Source: Isurus oxyrinchus (taxonomy: Eukaryota). From it: 64,000 nt of DNA. The translations under genes were made by a program, and so were the position numbers. This document shows, in pieces, positions 25,880-40,309 of the stretch. The first letter of the stretch is position 1, and the number at the start of each line of letters is the position of its first letter. The notes below the pieces were generated by a model, which did not search any database, was not told the DNA's origin, and was given only the letters and a program-made list of their open reading frames with translations. The DNA lies in contig JANJGN010000035.1 of the NCBI GenBank assembly GCA_026770705.1, positions 8,308,001 to 8,372,000 on the forward strand, written 5' to 3'.

Positions 25880-26530
25880 TTTTTTAGGGTAATATGGATG
25901 ATGATGTTCGATGGACTTCTAAAATATTATTTGATGAAGTGCCACATTACGTACTTCTCGGATAGGTTAGAGCTCAAGAACAACATGGATACTAAACATA
26001 TACGTGAAATTGGTTGAGTGACAGGAAATGTTACTGGGGTGACGGATATTTGGTCAGACAGGACGATGTTTTGTAATGGGGTTTGGAGTGTTCAATGCAC
26101 AACCATTGATCTTACAGACACTAAGGAGATCGACTTTGATGTACATCGCCGAATATCAAAAGTAGCAGATGGCACAACAGTTGGAAAAAAAAATGTGTAT
26201 TATGCGGAAGGCATTGAAATTCAAAGTGACATCGGCAATCTGCTTAAATGAGCGGACAAATGAGGGATGAAATCTTAAGCTATGCAGAGTGAAGTGATTT
26301 GTTTTGTTAACAATAGCGAGATGCAATATGAAGCAAAAGACTACACTTCTAAAGAAAATTCATAAGGACAGGGAACCGAGAGTATGAATAGACAAGTCTT
26401 TGGAATTGTCAGTGCAGATTGGTAGAGAAGTTAATTAAATATGCAAAGTCATCGCCCTTATTTTTATGGGCACATTAACAAACGCAAATAAGGTATGAAA
26501 GAATAAAAACATGCTAATATGCGAAACCTT
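25880..26530 (+). mobile_element. Decayed CR1 RT fragment
   Basis: DF...FDEVPH-like at ~25913-25947 and ISKVADGT (decayed ISKFADDT) in ORF 26018. Confidence 0.7.
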
Positions 26531-26609
26531 AAAATATGATCTTTTATTACTTGCAATAATCTTTGATGTAAGAAATATCGAATGCCTAATGGAAATCGAA
26601 GTACACGCC

Positions 26610-27760
26610 ATCTGCAGGAGTACCGTTATGTATAGTGTTGATTACCTTTTCCACTAAACCCACAAAAATCAACGTTCAACGTGACTTCCCTTTCAGATAC
26701 ACATGCTGCCTCTTGCTAACTACGATGAGTTTTTTTCTTTACATGTTAAATGCATTAACCACCGTGAACATTGATTCTAACATGTTCCCAATAACTGACA
26801 TCAAGCTAAATGTGTTATAATTACCTGATTTCTGCCTCCCGTCCGCCCTATATACATGGGATATAACTGCAAATTTCCAATCTGTTGGAACTTTCCAGAA
26901 GCTAGGGAACTCTGTAAAAATAATACCAACGCATCTGCAAGCAGATTAGGTACCTTTTTTGAGACATGAAGGTGATGTCCGTCAGAACCCGTAGTGTTGT
27001 CAGACTGTAGCTTCATCAGTTTGCTCAGTACCGCTTCCAAAGTGATTTTAATTTCACGAGGCCCCTCGCCCCCTTCCAGCTCTCATTGGCAGCTTTACTG
27101 AATGTTTTGTATTTTCTACAGGGAAGACGGAAGCAAAATATTTGTTCTTTTTATCAGCCATTTCGTCATTAACTTTTATTTATACGCCATTTTCAGTCTT
27201 TCGAGGATCAACACTAATTTCACTTGATCATTTCTTTTTATTATTTCAATACCTGCAGAAAGTCTTGCTATTCGGTTTCCATATATAGCTAGGACACTTC
27301 ATACTCAAATTCCTTTCCCCGATTAAGCTTTTAATTGCCTTCATTTAATTTCTCTCCAAGTAACTGACCTGCAACTCAACTAAGAGTTTTTTCTTTCCTT
27401 AAAAACTGTTTTTTCCTTATTTTCTTTAACTAACAACAAATGGTGCATCTGCCTCTCCCCCCGCAACCTCCCCGAACCCCCAAACCCCCGCACACCTTAC
27501 AGCCTGAAGGTATATAGTTTGAGGGTTCTGAATTATCGCCTTAAATGTCCACCACTTTTTTTCTATTGATATATCTGCTAGACTGCTATACTCGTTCACT
27601 TCAACTAGATTTGTGTGCCCTCATGGTTGCCCTTAGGCAAGTATGAAATACTATAGCTGATCCCACATGTCTACCAACCCAATGTTCCTCTATTCTCTCC
27701 TTTAGTGTGAATCAAATTATTTTCCCATCTCCAAACTTGAGCTCATTGAACAGATTACCT
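26610..27760 (-). mobile_element. Decayed CR1 ORF2 fragment
   Basis: ORF 26801-27040 VLSKLMKLQSDNTTGSDGHH..LADALVLFLQSSLASG matches the CR1 pre-RT region. Confidence 0.75.
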
Positions 27761-29024
27761 CGGCATTTTGTTTCTCGCCTTAAATTTAATAACTACATTA
27801 AATATCCACCAGCAGCCTGGCATTATGTATGTTCAAATTATTACATGCATTGTGATGTATTCCTTCCGTTTTTCAATGCCTATAACTGATTCGCATATCA
27901 ATATCAGTGCCTTGTCTACCTGTCCGTCCTAAACTGCAAGCCTATTCACAAATGTGCCGCTCAAGGAATAAATATGCATTCAGAGTGTTTCAGTGTATCG
28001 TTGCAATGAAGACATGCCGCAATTTTTTGAATCTTTTTAGACAGAAAGTATAAACTTAGGAACCCATGCAGTTAAGTTCAATGTAAATCAAACTTTGTAT
28101 GCCCAAATTGTGGATTGTGCTAATGGATACGTCTAGGGTCATCAGACTTTAATATTTTCGTTGGTTTCCATGAATAACTCTTTTTAGATGAAATGACCCT
28201 TAACCACCTGAAGTTTAGATATTTCTGATTTGTAGATATTAGTTTGGGATATTTGGAGGGGCAGCTGCAGGTAAAGTTTTCTTACCAACTTTTATGTGAT
28301 CTATCATGCGGTCAACTGAAACTTTGAAATAAAGCACTATGACGAGTTTTATTTTCCCAATGTGCCAGTTGGTCAACACTCTAAATGTTTTTCTGCTGCT
28401 GCCTACTACAAGTTACATTGATGCATCTTGATGTTATGCATTGGGATTATTATGACTTCAGGGAATATAAGAGTGAAGAATTATGTAAATCGGTTGGGAG
28501 ACATATAATCGCTATGCAATCTTGATGTCATAAGATGCCAATTTAAAGCTATCGTAGAGGGTTATGGCTGTTCTGATTAAACGTTTGCTCACTTTATAAC
28601 GCACCTGCTCATGATTGGGCCTAAGGCGCCACATCCTGTGCAGAAAAATGATCATCCTAACTAAATGCACATTTAAACATAATGTACCTCAAAACTTTGA
28701 GTAAGAGTTTAACTAAATATTTCACGATGACAATATGCAGCAGAATCAGGAGTTGTAGTTTACAATAACATGTTTGCTTCCATCAATCATAAAGTTGTTC
28801 TGTGGTGCTCACAATAGTTCACTATGATATATGAATTCCAGTACAATTTCAGTTCAAGTTCATGTTACCGTGAATCTAAAGGAGTTAAATTTCTCGAACA
28901 GGAAGTAATTACATCTGTCCGAATAAGCAGATTGCTCACCACAATCAAAAATGTTTTCCTTACAAAGCTCAGATCATAATGTCTAACATTAGCTGTAATG
29001 TCAGAATTGGAAAAGACTAAATGA

Positions 29025-31015
29025 AGGATAAATAAAAATGCATGGGAAAACTCAACAGGTCTGCCAGCATCTGCCACAATCTTAACAATTGGGTCCTTAT
29101 CACTCTTTAACAGAACTAAGTAAAAATAGAAAAGAGGTAAAATATAAGCTGGTTTAAAGGGGGATGGGACAAGTGAATCTGGCTAGAGGGTCTGGCATAG
29201 TTGGAGATATACAAAAGATGTCATGGACAAAGCGACAAAGAGGTGTTGAAGGTGATGATATTATGTAAGGAATGTGCAAATAAACGACATTCAGTGTAGA
29301 AAACAGGACAAGCAAGATACTGAAAGGCCAAGTGGGGGTGGGGTGGGGGAAAGGAGTCAAATTATCCTAAAAGCTAGAGATAAAATGATGGACTGAAATA
29401 AATTTAAAATAATGGAAATGGTTGGGAAATTAAAAACTGTATGAATTATTGGAAGAAAAGGTGTTCTTGAAAGGGGTTGGGGATGGAGGAGAGAATTCAT
29501 GATCTAAAATTGTTGATCCCAATATTCAGTCAGGGAGGCTGTAAAGCTCCTAGTCAGAAGATGGGGTGCTGTTCCTCCAGTATGCTTGAGCTTTACCGGA
29601 ACAATGCAGCAGGCCAAAAGCGGACATGTGGTCATGAGAGTCACGTGTAGTGTTGAAATGGCAAGTGACATTTCATGGGTCATGCCTGCAGACAGAGGGA
29701 AGATGTTCCACAAAGCCTTCACGCAGTCTGCGTTTGATCTCTCCAATGTAGAGGAAACCAAATTAGTAGCAGCAAATGCAGAGGACTAAATTGAGGGAAG
29801 TGCAAGTGAAATGCTGCATGACTTGAAAGGAGTGCTTGAGCCTATGGAAAAGAAGAGAGGGGAACTAAAAGGGCATGCGTTGCCACCTTCTGCGTTTGAA
29901 TGGGAAGGTGCCCTGGGAAGGTTTTGAGGTGCCTGGGTTGATGGAGGAGTGTGCCAGGGCGTCCGGAACGGAACAAACACTGTGGACTGCCTCCTGGAGT
30001 GTGAACGGAAGATCTGTTTGGTGGTGACATCATACTGGAGTTGGTGGTAATGGCGGAGGTTGATCCTTTGAGAGTGCAGACTGTTGTATGTGATAAGTGT
30101 GGATAAGGGCGACCCTATCATATTTCTGGGAGGGGGAGGAAGGTTTTAGGGCGAAAACCTGGAGATCTGCTGGACACGATTGAGGGCCCTGTCAACCACT
30201 GTCGGTGGAAAACCTAACGTAAGGAAGAATGAAGACATGTAAGAGGAATTGTATTTGAAAAAGGCATCATCAGAACGGATGCGATGGAGCCGAAGGAACT
30301 GAGAGAATGGGATGGAGTCCTGACAGGAAGCGGGGTCTCAGGAGCTGTAGCCGAGGTAGTCGTGGGAGTTCGTAGGCTTGTAACAAATATTGGTGCATAG
30401 TCAATCAGCAGATATTGAGACAGAGAGGTCAAGGAAGGGAAGGGAAGTGTCAGAGATGGACCATATGAAAATGAAGGAGGTGTGGAAATTTGAAGCAAAT
30501 CTATTGTTTTTTTTCTCAGTCCAGATGGGATCATGAAGCAGCACTGAAGCAATCATTGATGCCCAGGAGAAAGAGCCATCGGAGGCGGCCGGATTAGGAC
30601 TGTAACAAGGATACCCAAAAAAGAGACAAACAACTGGGGGCCATGCAGGTACCCATAACCACAACTTTTATTTGGAGGGAGTGACATCAGTTAAGGAGAA
30701 ATTCTTTACTGAAACATCACGTTCAGCCAGAACAAGGATATTAGTGGTGTTTGTGGACTTTTCGGGCCTCTGTTCGAGGAAGAATCGGAGAGCCATCAGA
30801 ACATTGCAGTGGGGGATATAGGTGTATAGGGATTCAACGTTCATGGTGTAGAGGAGGCGGTTGGGGCTAGGGAACTTGAAATAGTTAATATGATGGAGGG
30901 TGTGAGAGGAAGCACGCATGTAGGTGGGAAGGGACAGGACAATGGGAGAGAGAATGGAGTCAAAATATCTATAAATTAGTTCTGTGGGTCAGGAATTGGC
31001 TAAAATGATCGGACT
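29025..31015 (-). mobile_element. Penelope-like element, 5'-truncated (RT, GIY-YIG, 3' region)
   Basis: FKFPSPNRLLYTMNVESLYTYIPH (ORF 30668); SDTSLPFLDLSVSIS (ORF 30401); terminal CAGATGCTG..GACCTG.TGAG.TTTCC motif on the minus strand at ~29075-29040. Confidence 0.9.
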
Positions 31016-31017
31016 TT

Positions 31018-32925
31018 TCCAGTACTTTAGCCCCAACCGGCTCCTCTTCACCTTGGATGTCCAATCCTTCTACAGCTAAAACCCCCGTCGTGATGATCTG
31101 ATAGCTCTCAATTTCTTCTCGAAAAGAGGAATGAAACATTCCCATCCAACATTACTTTCCTCCGTCTGGCTGAACTTTTTCTTTGAGTAAACCATTTCTC
31201 CTCAAACTCCTCTCACTTCCACTGATAAAAAGGTATGGCAATGGGTACCCGCATCGGCCCCAGTTATGCCTGTTTCTAAGGTGCAATTGGAACATTCCTT
31301 GTTCCATTCGTACTCCGGCCCACTCCCACATCTCTTTCTCCAGCACATCGATGTTTCTTTCGGTGCTGCTTAATGCTCTCATTTGGACCTGGAAAATTTT
31401 ATTATTTTTGCTTCCTACTCCACCCGTCCATCATGTTCGCTTGATTCATCTCTGAAAATTCCCTTTGCTTCCTTGACATCTCTGTCTCATTTTTTGGTGA
31501 TAGACTGTCCACCAATACTCATTGCAAGCCTACCGAATCCCTCAGCTACCCCGACTACAGCTTCTCCCACCCCGCTTCCTGTAAGGATTCTCTCAGTTGC
31601 TTCGCCTCTTAGCTTCTTTTCTGATGATGCCACTTTCAAAAACAGTTACTCTACAATGTCTTCCTTCTTCTTTAAACAAGGTCTTCTACATACGGAGGAT
31701 GACAGGGTGGTCAACAGTTTAAGGCCCATCTCCGGTGTATCTGCCCAAACACCTTCCTCTGCCTCGCAGAGCCATGTTACGGTCCCCCTTGTCCTGAATT
31801 ATCACCCAACAAGCTTCTGCATTCAAAATATCATCCATTACCATTTCTGTCAACCCCAGCATGATGCACGTACCAAACAGATCTTCCCTTCACCCGCCCT
31901 GATGGCATTCGGTAGGGATCATTCCCTCCAGGACACCCTGGTCATCTCCTCCATCACATGCTACACCTCAACCCCCTCCCACTGCACATCCCCATGCAAC
32001 CACAGAAGTTGCAACAGCTGCCCCTTAAGTCCCCTGTTCTCACCGTCCAAGGGCCCTATCGCTCATTTCAAGTGAAACAGCATTTCAATCGCCATTTCCT
32101 CAATATATTATATTCTACTGCATTCGCTGCTCCCAATACGGTTTGCTGTACATTGGAGAGACAAATCGCAGACTGCATGACCACTTATTGAAGCACCTTC
32201 CAACTGTCTGCAAGCATGACCAAAACCTCCCTGTCGCTTGCAATTTCAACATTCCACGCTCTTCTCATGCCCACATGTCTGTCGTTTGCCTGCTGCTTTG
32301 TTCCAGCAAAGTTCAACGCAAACGGCAGGAATAACATCTCATCTTCCAACTAGACACTTTACAGCATTCTGGACTGAATATTGTGTTCAACAATTGTATA
32401 TCATGAACTCCCTCCTCCACTTCAACCCCTTTTAGATCTCCCCGTCTTTCCCCAAAAATTGTATATAGACTTTTTTCCCATCTATTTCCATTATTAAATA
32501 TATTTCCATCCTTTGTTTAATCTCTGCCTTTTAGCGTATTTAGAACACTTCCCCCCCCCCCCACCAACCCGCCCCCCCCATCCCCACCCCCGCCACGCAA
32601 CCCCCAGTAGGGCTAGCTGCCCTTTGCTCGTCCTACATTCTACGCTTAATGTCACAATTAGCACATTTCTAAGCAAATATTACCACTGTAAACGCCTCTT
32701 TGTCCTTTTGTCTATGCCATAATTTTGGAATCTCCGCCTATCACTGGCCCTCTATCCAACTCTACCTGTCTCACCCCTCCCCTTAAACCAACTAATATTT
32801 CACCTCTTTCCTATTTTACCTTAATTTTGTGAAGAGTCATACGGTCTCGGCACATTAACAGTCTTCCTCCCCGCAGATGCTCTCAGGCCTGCTGAGTTTT
32901 TCCAGGTATTTTTCTGTTCTGTTTT
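31018..32925 (+). mobile_element. Penelope-like element, 5'-truncated (RT, GIY-YIG, 3' region)
   Basis: LLFTLDVQSFY at ~31040; GMAMGT..GPSYACF at ~31231; VPLVLNYHPT; LYIGETNRRLHDHL (GIY-YIG); terminal CAGATGCT..CCTGCTGAGTTTTTCCAGG at ~32874-32906. Confidence 0.9.
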
Positions 32926-33444
32926 GAATATGATTTCTAAAGCCTGGATTATTTATGCCTAAAACAATTGTCTGAAATACGTGGCTGTAGTCCATATGGT
33001 CGATGGACTTTTGCCTCTTTGAGTTTGTTCAGTTAATTCAGCACATTTTTTTTAATGATTTTCAAGGCTTTTGTTTCATAGCTCCTCTGATGGTACTTTG
33101 TCTCATATACCTTCAAACCCCCGGATAAATATCGAAGGAAATTATTCACGTAGTATTGTTGCCATCTTCCTAAATTGACTCTTTTTTTTTCTTTACTCTT
33201 TCTCAATCTCATTACAACTTTCTTCAGTTTCTGTTTTACCTTTAAATTATTTTGATGAGCTTTTCTCAAGTTCCTTGGTGATAATATTTCATTGCATTGC
33301 TTTACTTACTGAATTGGTGACTGGATATTCCTTTCTTCTTTCTAAAGGCAGTTCAGTTTATATTTAGCATTCAACTCATTTAAGTGTATCTATCTTAAAT
33401 TAGACAAAGATCCACTACGGTATCCTTTCCTCTTTCCAATTCAA

Positions 33445-35140
33445 TTAAAGCTTGTGGGCATCGCTGGCTAGGCCAGCGTTTACTTTCCATTCATAATTGC
33501 CCTGAAAAAAAAGTTTTGGTGAACTTCCTTCTTCAATCTCTACATACATATGGTTTAGACACACCCACAGTGCTCCGATTGAGGGGTTTCTTGGATTGTG
33601 ACCTTGGGACTGCGAAGGAGCGGCCACATATTTCCAAGTCAGAATTGTGGGTGGCTGTAGGGGAACCTCCAGATAGTTGCTTTCACATGTATGGGCTGCA
33701 CCTTTCCTTCTAGATAATCGATTATGTCGGCTTCATAGGTGCTACCTAAGGAGCCCTGCTGAATTCCTGCAGTGCATCTTGCAGGTACTGCACACTTCTA
33801 ACACTGTTTGTCGGTGGAGGAGAGAGTGAATCTTTGTGGATTCAGTGTCAATGAAATGGGCTGCATTGTGCTGCATAGTGTCAAGCTTCTAGAAGTTTTG
33901 AGCTGCTCCCCTCCAATCAAATGCCTGACATGTGCCATTTAGATTATGGAAAGGATTTCTGGGAGTCAAGATGTGAGTTATTCAGTGAAGGACTCCAAAT
34001 ATCAAAACTGTTCTTGTAGACATAATACTTAAATGGCTAGCTCAGAATAGTTTATTGCAAATGTTAACCTCAAGGATGCTGATATTGGGGGAGTCAGAGG
34101 TGGTAATGTCATTGGACGTCAAAAGGCGATGGTTAGATTATCTCTATTTGGAGATGGTTAATGCTTGACCCTTTTGTGGCGCGACGGGTGCTTGCCAATC
34201 GTTAGCCCAGCCTTAGAGTTTGTCCAGATTTTCTGAACTTGAGCATGTTCTGTTTCAGTATCTGACGAGCTGCGAAAGATGCTGAACACCATGTAATCAT
34301 AAGACAGCAAACCCACTACTGACCTAATGACTGATGGAAGGGCAGCTATTGATGAAGATAATAGAGGTGGTTAGGCACAGGAACTAACCTGACTATCTCC
34401 TGCCAAGATGTCCTTGAGCTGAGATGACTGAACTCCAACAACAGGGACCATCTGCATTTCCCCTAGGTGCGACTCCAAAAAAGAGGGAATATAACCACGC
34501 CCCCTTATCCACTTTGACTCCAGTTCTGTTGGCTCCTTGAAGTCACACTCGGCTTTGAAGTAAAGGGCAGAAAGTTTGATCACACATCTGTGGATCAGCC
34601 CCTTTATCTATATAAGAAGCAAGTATGTAACGAGGTCAGCAGATTCATGAACCTGGCGGAATCTAAGCTGGGCATCAGTGAGCAGGCCCTTGCCAAGCAA
34701 GTATTGCTTGATGGCTCTGTTGATGACCACTCCAACACTTTACTGATGATGGAGCGTAGACTGAAGGGGCAGTAATTGACCTGCGGTATTATGGTCTTGT
34801 TTTATCTACACAAGTCATAATTGGGTAATTTTCCACATTGCTGTGTAGATACCATTATCGTAACCACACTGGAGAAGCTTGGCAGGCTCTAGAGCACAAT
34901 TCCTGACTACCCTTTACCGATGTATTGTCAGGGCCCATCGCCTTTTCAGTATCAATTTCATCTGGCTTTTCCTTGATATCATTTGGATTGAATTTAATTG
35001 GCTGAAAACCATCATCTGAGAGGCTTGGATCCAATTGTTCTGTTCAGCATTTCAGGGTAAATGTTGTAGCAATTATTGGAACCATACCTTTTTCAATGCT
35101 GCGATCTGTTACCTCATCATTGAGGATGGGGATAGCTGAG
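33445..35140 (-). mobile_element. LINE family A (RT and 3' tail)
   Basis: Reverse-complement tail GTGGGCATCGCTGGCTAGGCCAGCGTTTA at ~33454-33482; RT remnants homologous to 4950-6660. Confidence 0.85.
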
Positions 35141-35144
35141 ATGT

Positions 35145-38060
35145 CTCAGAACCACACAGTGGGGAAGAGGCCATTCGGCAGATCGAGCCTGCACCGACAT
35201 CTGAGAAATATCTGACCTATCGACTTAATCCTTACAACGTGCAAATTGCCCATCCACGTACTTTTCAAAATATGTCAGACGACCAACCTCCACTATTCTC
35301 CCAGGCATTGCATTCCATACCGTCACCGACTCTGGGTAAAAAAGATTTTCCTCACACCTGCCCTTAACCTTCTGCCCCTCACCTTGAACTTGTGTCCCCT
35401 GGTGACTGCCCCTTCAAATAAAGAAAACAGCAACTGCCCCTGTGCATGCCCTTGAGAATCTTTTACATGTTGATCAGGTCGCCCCTCCAACTACTCTGCT
35501 CCAAAGAAAACTATCCAAATCTGTCCAACCTCTCTTCATAACATAAATGTTTCATCCCAGGAAAGATTTTGGTGAATCTCCACTGCACCCCTTCTAGAGC
35601 AATCACATCCTTCCTATAATATAGCGAGCAGAACTGCACACAGTACTCCTGCTGTGGAGTCACCAATGTTCTATATAACTCCAGCACTACCTCCCTTCCT
35701 TTGTAATTTATACCTCAATTGATAAAGGCATGGGTCCTACATGCCTTTTTTAACAGCCGAGGAGCATGCTCCTCCACCTTCAGAGATATATGGGCACAGA
35801 AGGCAAAGTTCCTTTGTTCCCCAGAAATTCCTAGTGTCATGCCGATCATTAAATGCTTCATTGTCAAATTACTCCTTTTAAAAAGTATCACATCAGACTT
35901 TTCAGGGTTACATTCAATTTGACACATATCTGCCGATATGACCAGCCCGCCTTCATCTACCTCCAGCCCAGGATAATTAACACTGGACTGTTAAACACCA
36001 GGCCAATAATCTCGTCATCCGCAGACTTTCTCATCCTACACCCCCCCCCCCCCCACCCCACAAAATCATCTATGTCAATATATAAATAGCAAATAATTGG
36101 GGACCCAGCACACATACCTGTGCTGCAACACTGGCCACTCCCTTCCAGTTACTGAAGCATGCTTCTGCCATCACTCTCTGTACCCTACAACTAAGCCAGT
36201 TTTGGATCCACATCATCAAATTGCCCGGTATCCCATGTGCATTTGCCTTCTTTAAAAGACTCCCAAGTGGGACATTTCCAAAAGCTTTGCTAAAATCAAT
36301 GCAAACTACATCAACTACATTCTGCTCATCTGCAGACAGGGTCGCATGCTCAAACAAATTCAAACTAATTTGATAGGCATGACGTCCTGTGTTGACCAAC
36401 TCAGAACAAACCATGTCCCTCCAATTGCAGACAGAAGCTCTGCTTCAGAATTTTATGCAATAGATTCCTTACTGTCGCTGGTACTGTCGTGAGACTCAGT
36501 GGTTTCTAGTTCCCTGACCTATGTCTACAACCCTTCATAAATAGCGGAACCACATAAGCTGCTCTCCAGTCCTCTGGAAACACCCCATCCTCCCCCACTC
36601 CCCCGTGGCGATTGAGGAATGAAAACTTTTGGTGAGATCGCCTGACATTTCCTGCCTAACCTCCCTCAGCACCTTGGGACAAAAATCATTCGGACCTGGT
36701 GATTTGTCCACTTTTAAGACTGCAAGCGCCTCCAATGTCTTGTTACTCCCCATATCAACTTGCTCCAGAACTTCACAGTCTCACCGCTCATGTTAGATTG
36801 CTTTATCCTCATTCTTAAGATTGAAGACCGGTCAGAATTTCCATTCAGCACTCTACCGTTGCCCTCTGCCTTCACCCAGACATTGTCCCCTTTGTCCCTA
36901 ATGGGCCCGAATCCTTCCAAGGTTACCCACTTGGAAAATATGAACAGTTAAAATTAATTGTGCTGTTCTCTGCTTTAACCAGCCAAATCTTTTTGATGCC
37001 CCGTCTTGGGTCTCCTCATTGCTTCTTAAGCTACGCCATACACTTTCTGTACTCCACCTATGCCTCTGCTAATTTGCTGCCTTTGGAACTGTTATGTCCT
37101 CTTATTTCTTCCTCAACTCACGCTTTATACTCCTGGTCATCCATGGTTCTCTGGGTTTGTCCCTCCTTCCAATCAACCTAGAGCAAATATGTTGAGCCTG
37201 TACCACCACATTCTGTTTCTGACAACCCTCCATTGCTCCTAGCCAGATTTCCGCACAGGTAGCTGTTCCAAGTCTACCTTGGCCACGTCCTGCTTTATTT
37301 TACTAAATTCCAATCTCCCAAATCGAAAAATGTTTTAGCAACTTATCGATTTCAATGTCCATCACAAGCTTAAATTGAAAAGTTTTTTGGTCGCTATCAC
37401 TAAAATGCCCCCATCCCCAACGAAACCCACCATTCAGCCATCTGTCTGGCTTCATTCCGCAGAAATATATCGAGCACTCTGCCGTCCCTCATTGGACCCT
37501 TTATATATTGACGTAAAAGAATCTACTGTACACTTTTCACAATTCCAAACCATCCAATCCGTTAGTGCCATCTATATGACAGTTTATGTTTGGAAAGTTG
37601 TAATCACCCAGTATAATTACCCTGTTGTGATTGTTTTAACGCACCTTCGCACATTGTGCAGCTATTTCCTCCTCAATTTACCACTGACTACCAGGGGGCC
37701 TGTAAAAAAAACACCTAACACTGCTGCTGCCACATTTTTATTCCTAAGCTCTCCCCGAATGTTCCATTTGATGCCACGTCCAAGCTATTATTTATCCTTA
37801 CTGCAGTAAATGACACCTTAACTAATAATGCAATGCTTCCTCCTTTTTCACCCAATTCACTGCCTCGGATGAAGATTATATCCCGGAACGCTGAGCTGGA
37901 AACCCTGTCCCTGCCCCCTTTGCAATCTCAGTGATGGCTACTATATCGCACTTCCACGTCTCAGTCCTCGTCCTTAACTCATCCATTTTTCCTTAATACG
38001 CCTAGAATTAAATTAGAGGCCATTCAGCCTTTCCTTGCTGCCTTTAAACGTAATGCAACT
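35145..38060 (-). mobile_element. CR1 LINE (family B), nearly whole ORF2, decayed
   Basis: VDVVCIDFSKAFGNVP..WIQNWLS..VLGPQLFAIYI (ORF 36070); LKVDKSPGPNDFCPKVLREV (ORF 36535); endonuclease start near 37950; 3' tail at ~35150-35200. Confidence 0.9.
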
Positions 38061-38339
38061 TTAATCCCTTTGACTTGAATGTTTAACTCTATTTTGATTT
38101 GTAGCTATTCTGCTTACATTTTGTCCTCGTCCAGTGTGTTGTAAATTGTCCACCAGCATTTACGGCTGAACCTGTTAGGACTGTGATCATCAGATCTTAC
38201 CATTGGTTGTGGAATCGAATAGCTGTGTCTATCATTTGTTGCATACGCTATTTAGCACAACAATAGTCCTATCAGGCAGCTTCACCAGGCTGACAGGTCC
38301 TTTTAGTCTATGCCTGGCACTGCGCCTGCCACGACCAGC

Positions 38340-38780
38340 TGTAATGTTTATGAAGCAGGGTTGATCCCATGGCTTTGCTGTAATGGTCGATAGGGTGATA
38401 TGCCTTCAATGTTATGGCGTGCCAAGGGCTCATCCATTTACTTTTTTTAAGGATGTGAGGCAAACCACCTCCAAAACCTTCGCAGGAAGTGCATTCCAAA
38501 ACGCCAACACACCGCATGCTGAAAACGTTTTTGCTCACATCCCCCCTAAACCTCCTGCAACACACGTTTAATTTTCATCCACTCGTGACTGACCCTTCCA
38601 CTGAGGGGAACAGCTGCTACCTATCCATATTGTCTATGCTTTCGTAATCTTGCACACCTCGATTAAGTCGCCCCTTAGTTTTCTCCACTGCAACGAAAAC
38701 AATCCAAGTCTATCCAACCTCTGTTCATATCTTAAATGTTTCATCCCAGGAAAAAGGCCGGTGAATCTCCGCTACACCTC
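38340..38780 (-). mobile_element. CR1 3' fragment
   Basis: RRFRGDVSKNVFS (ORF 38308); 38640-38780 is homologous to 35455-35590. Confidence 0.8.
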
Positions 38781-39479
38781 CTTTTATATTACTTCAGAGA
38801 TTTACTCCTGAACATCTGTGAACTTGGAACTCCATCTTCCCCTATGCCAAATTATCCACTATGCATGACAACAATGTGATTCAGTCCATACATTTCCATT
38901 TTTTTTCTGCAGACATCATGAGATCTCCCTTTATTTAGCACAGGATAAGCAACACAATCTTCATTCTTCTGTTTATTAGCTACAGGCGGCGCTCCCTCAC
39001 TCCCAGTATAATAGCTCGGCTACTCTTTGTTCACATCCTCCCCACAACTGACACCTTTGTGATCCGCAGTACCAACGTTCTACAAACTGATAATGCTCTC
39101 CTCCACTGCCTGTAATTGACCATGCATCGCCAGCAAAAGGTAACATTTCACCAGTCCCATGTTCACCGCGCCTCCCAATTAACCTCTTCCAATCTCCACT
39201 ACTGAAATACTTTGTCGCCACAACCTCTTCCGAAATCTATCCTAATCTCTAAAGTGCCAATATGATCTAGGTAAAATTGTCAAGATGCTATTTTAAGTCC
39301 CATGTATATTGGAACATTTACCATTCGAATTCCAACTGAATTACTGACAGCCTGGCAGATTTTAAAAGTAACCCTCTCTGAAGAGATGTTTACTGGGGCA
39401 GCATCGTTGCTCACAAACTCCCCAAAAATGCTCTCTTAAATAGTTGAATACAGCTGCAACAGCACCATCCACGTCAAAG

Positions 39480-39870
39480 ACATGCACTTGCCTGGCACAC
39501 ATTCATTACCGAAACTACCCCTTTCTCCAACGCCGGCGCACGTTGTCTTTCACGTGTAACATCTGCAACTTTCTCTGCAGAAAAACCCCGAGCGTTCTTG
39601 CACAGCTCCCCCTAAGTCTGTGAGTCCACCAGCCAGAACTACCAGACAGCGGGAACAGTGCAAGGCAACGAAATACAAACTTCCCTGCAAGCTTCCCGCT
39701 ATCCTGACTAGGAACTAGATTTTTGATTGATGGCTGTCAGTGTTTCTCATTAGGTCCTGATATTGAATCCTCTGTCTGAGAGCACTGTGGGACCACGTCA
39801 TTCATATGGATGGCAGTGATTCTTGAAGAAGTTTAATCACTACATCTGAAAGGCCAATCTATATAGACAT
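39480..39870 (+). mobile_element. Highly decayed LINE family A 3' fragment
   Basis: Colinear weak similarity to 6240-6630. Confidence 0.5.
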
Positions 39871-40090
39871 AATATCATACAGTTTTTGACATAAGGACAA
39901 CGATTCATGTTAATATATACGTTAAAAGTGAGAAATACATTTTAGGGCGAAGAGTGTCAAAACTGTCATTTGAAAAACAACTTGGAAAAGAAGACAATCA
40001 CTATTTGCCCGGATGCTGGCTTCAGATGTGCGAAAGCTGTTTAATGAAATGTGTAGATAACACTAAAAGTTAGAGATCTTAGAGATGTGG

Positions 40091-40108
40091 TATATATATT
40101 TTATATAC

Positions 40109-40141
<33 letters not shown>

Positions 40142-40162
40142 ATTATATATATATATATATAT
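40091..40162. repeat. Imperfect (TA)n microsatellite
   Basis: Direct read of the sequence. Confidence 0.9.
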
Positions 40163-40309
40163 TTGCATGTTTTTTCAAACAGCTGGCACAGGAAAGATCA
40201 CCCTAATGCTCTGCTTCAATGCTGTTCGATTCAATAATCATATGAATTGCTAAATTTTACATGTTAGAAGTATAACGAAGGAGAATAAATATAAAAAAAA
40301 GATATCTGC

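Noticed and set aside
31383-32075. 230-aa ORF
   Set aside because: A frameshifted fragment of the Penelope RT/linker, not a host gene.
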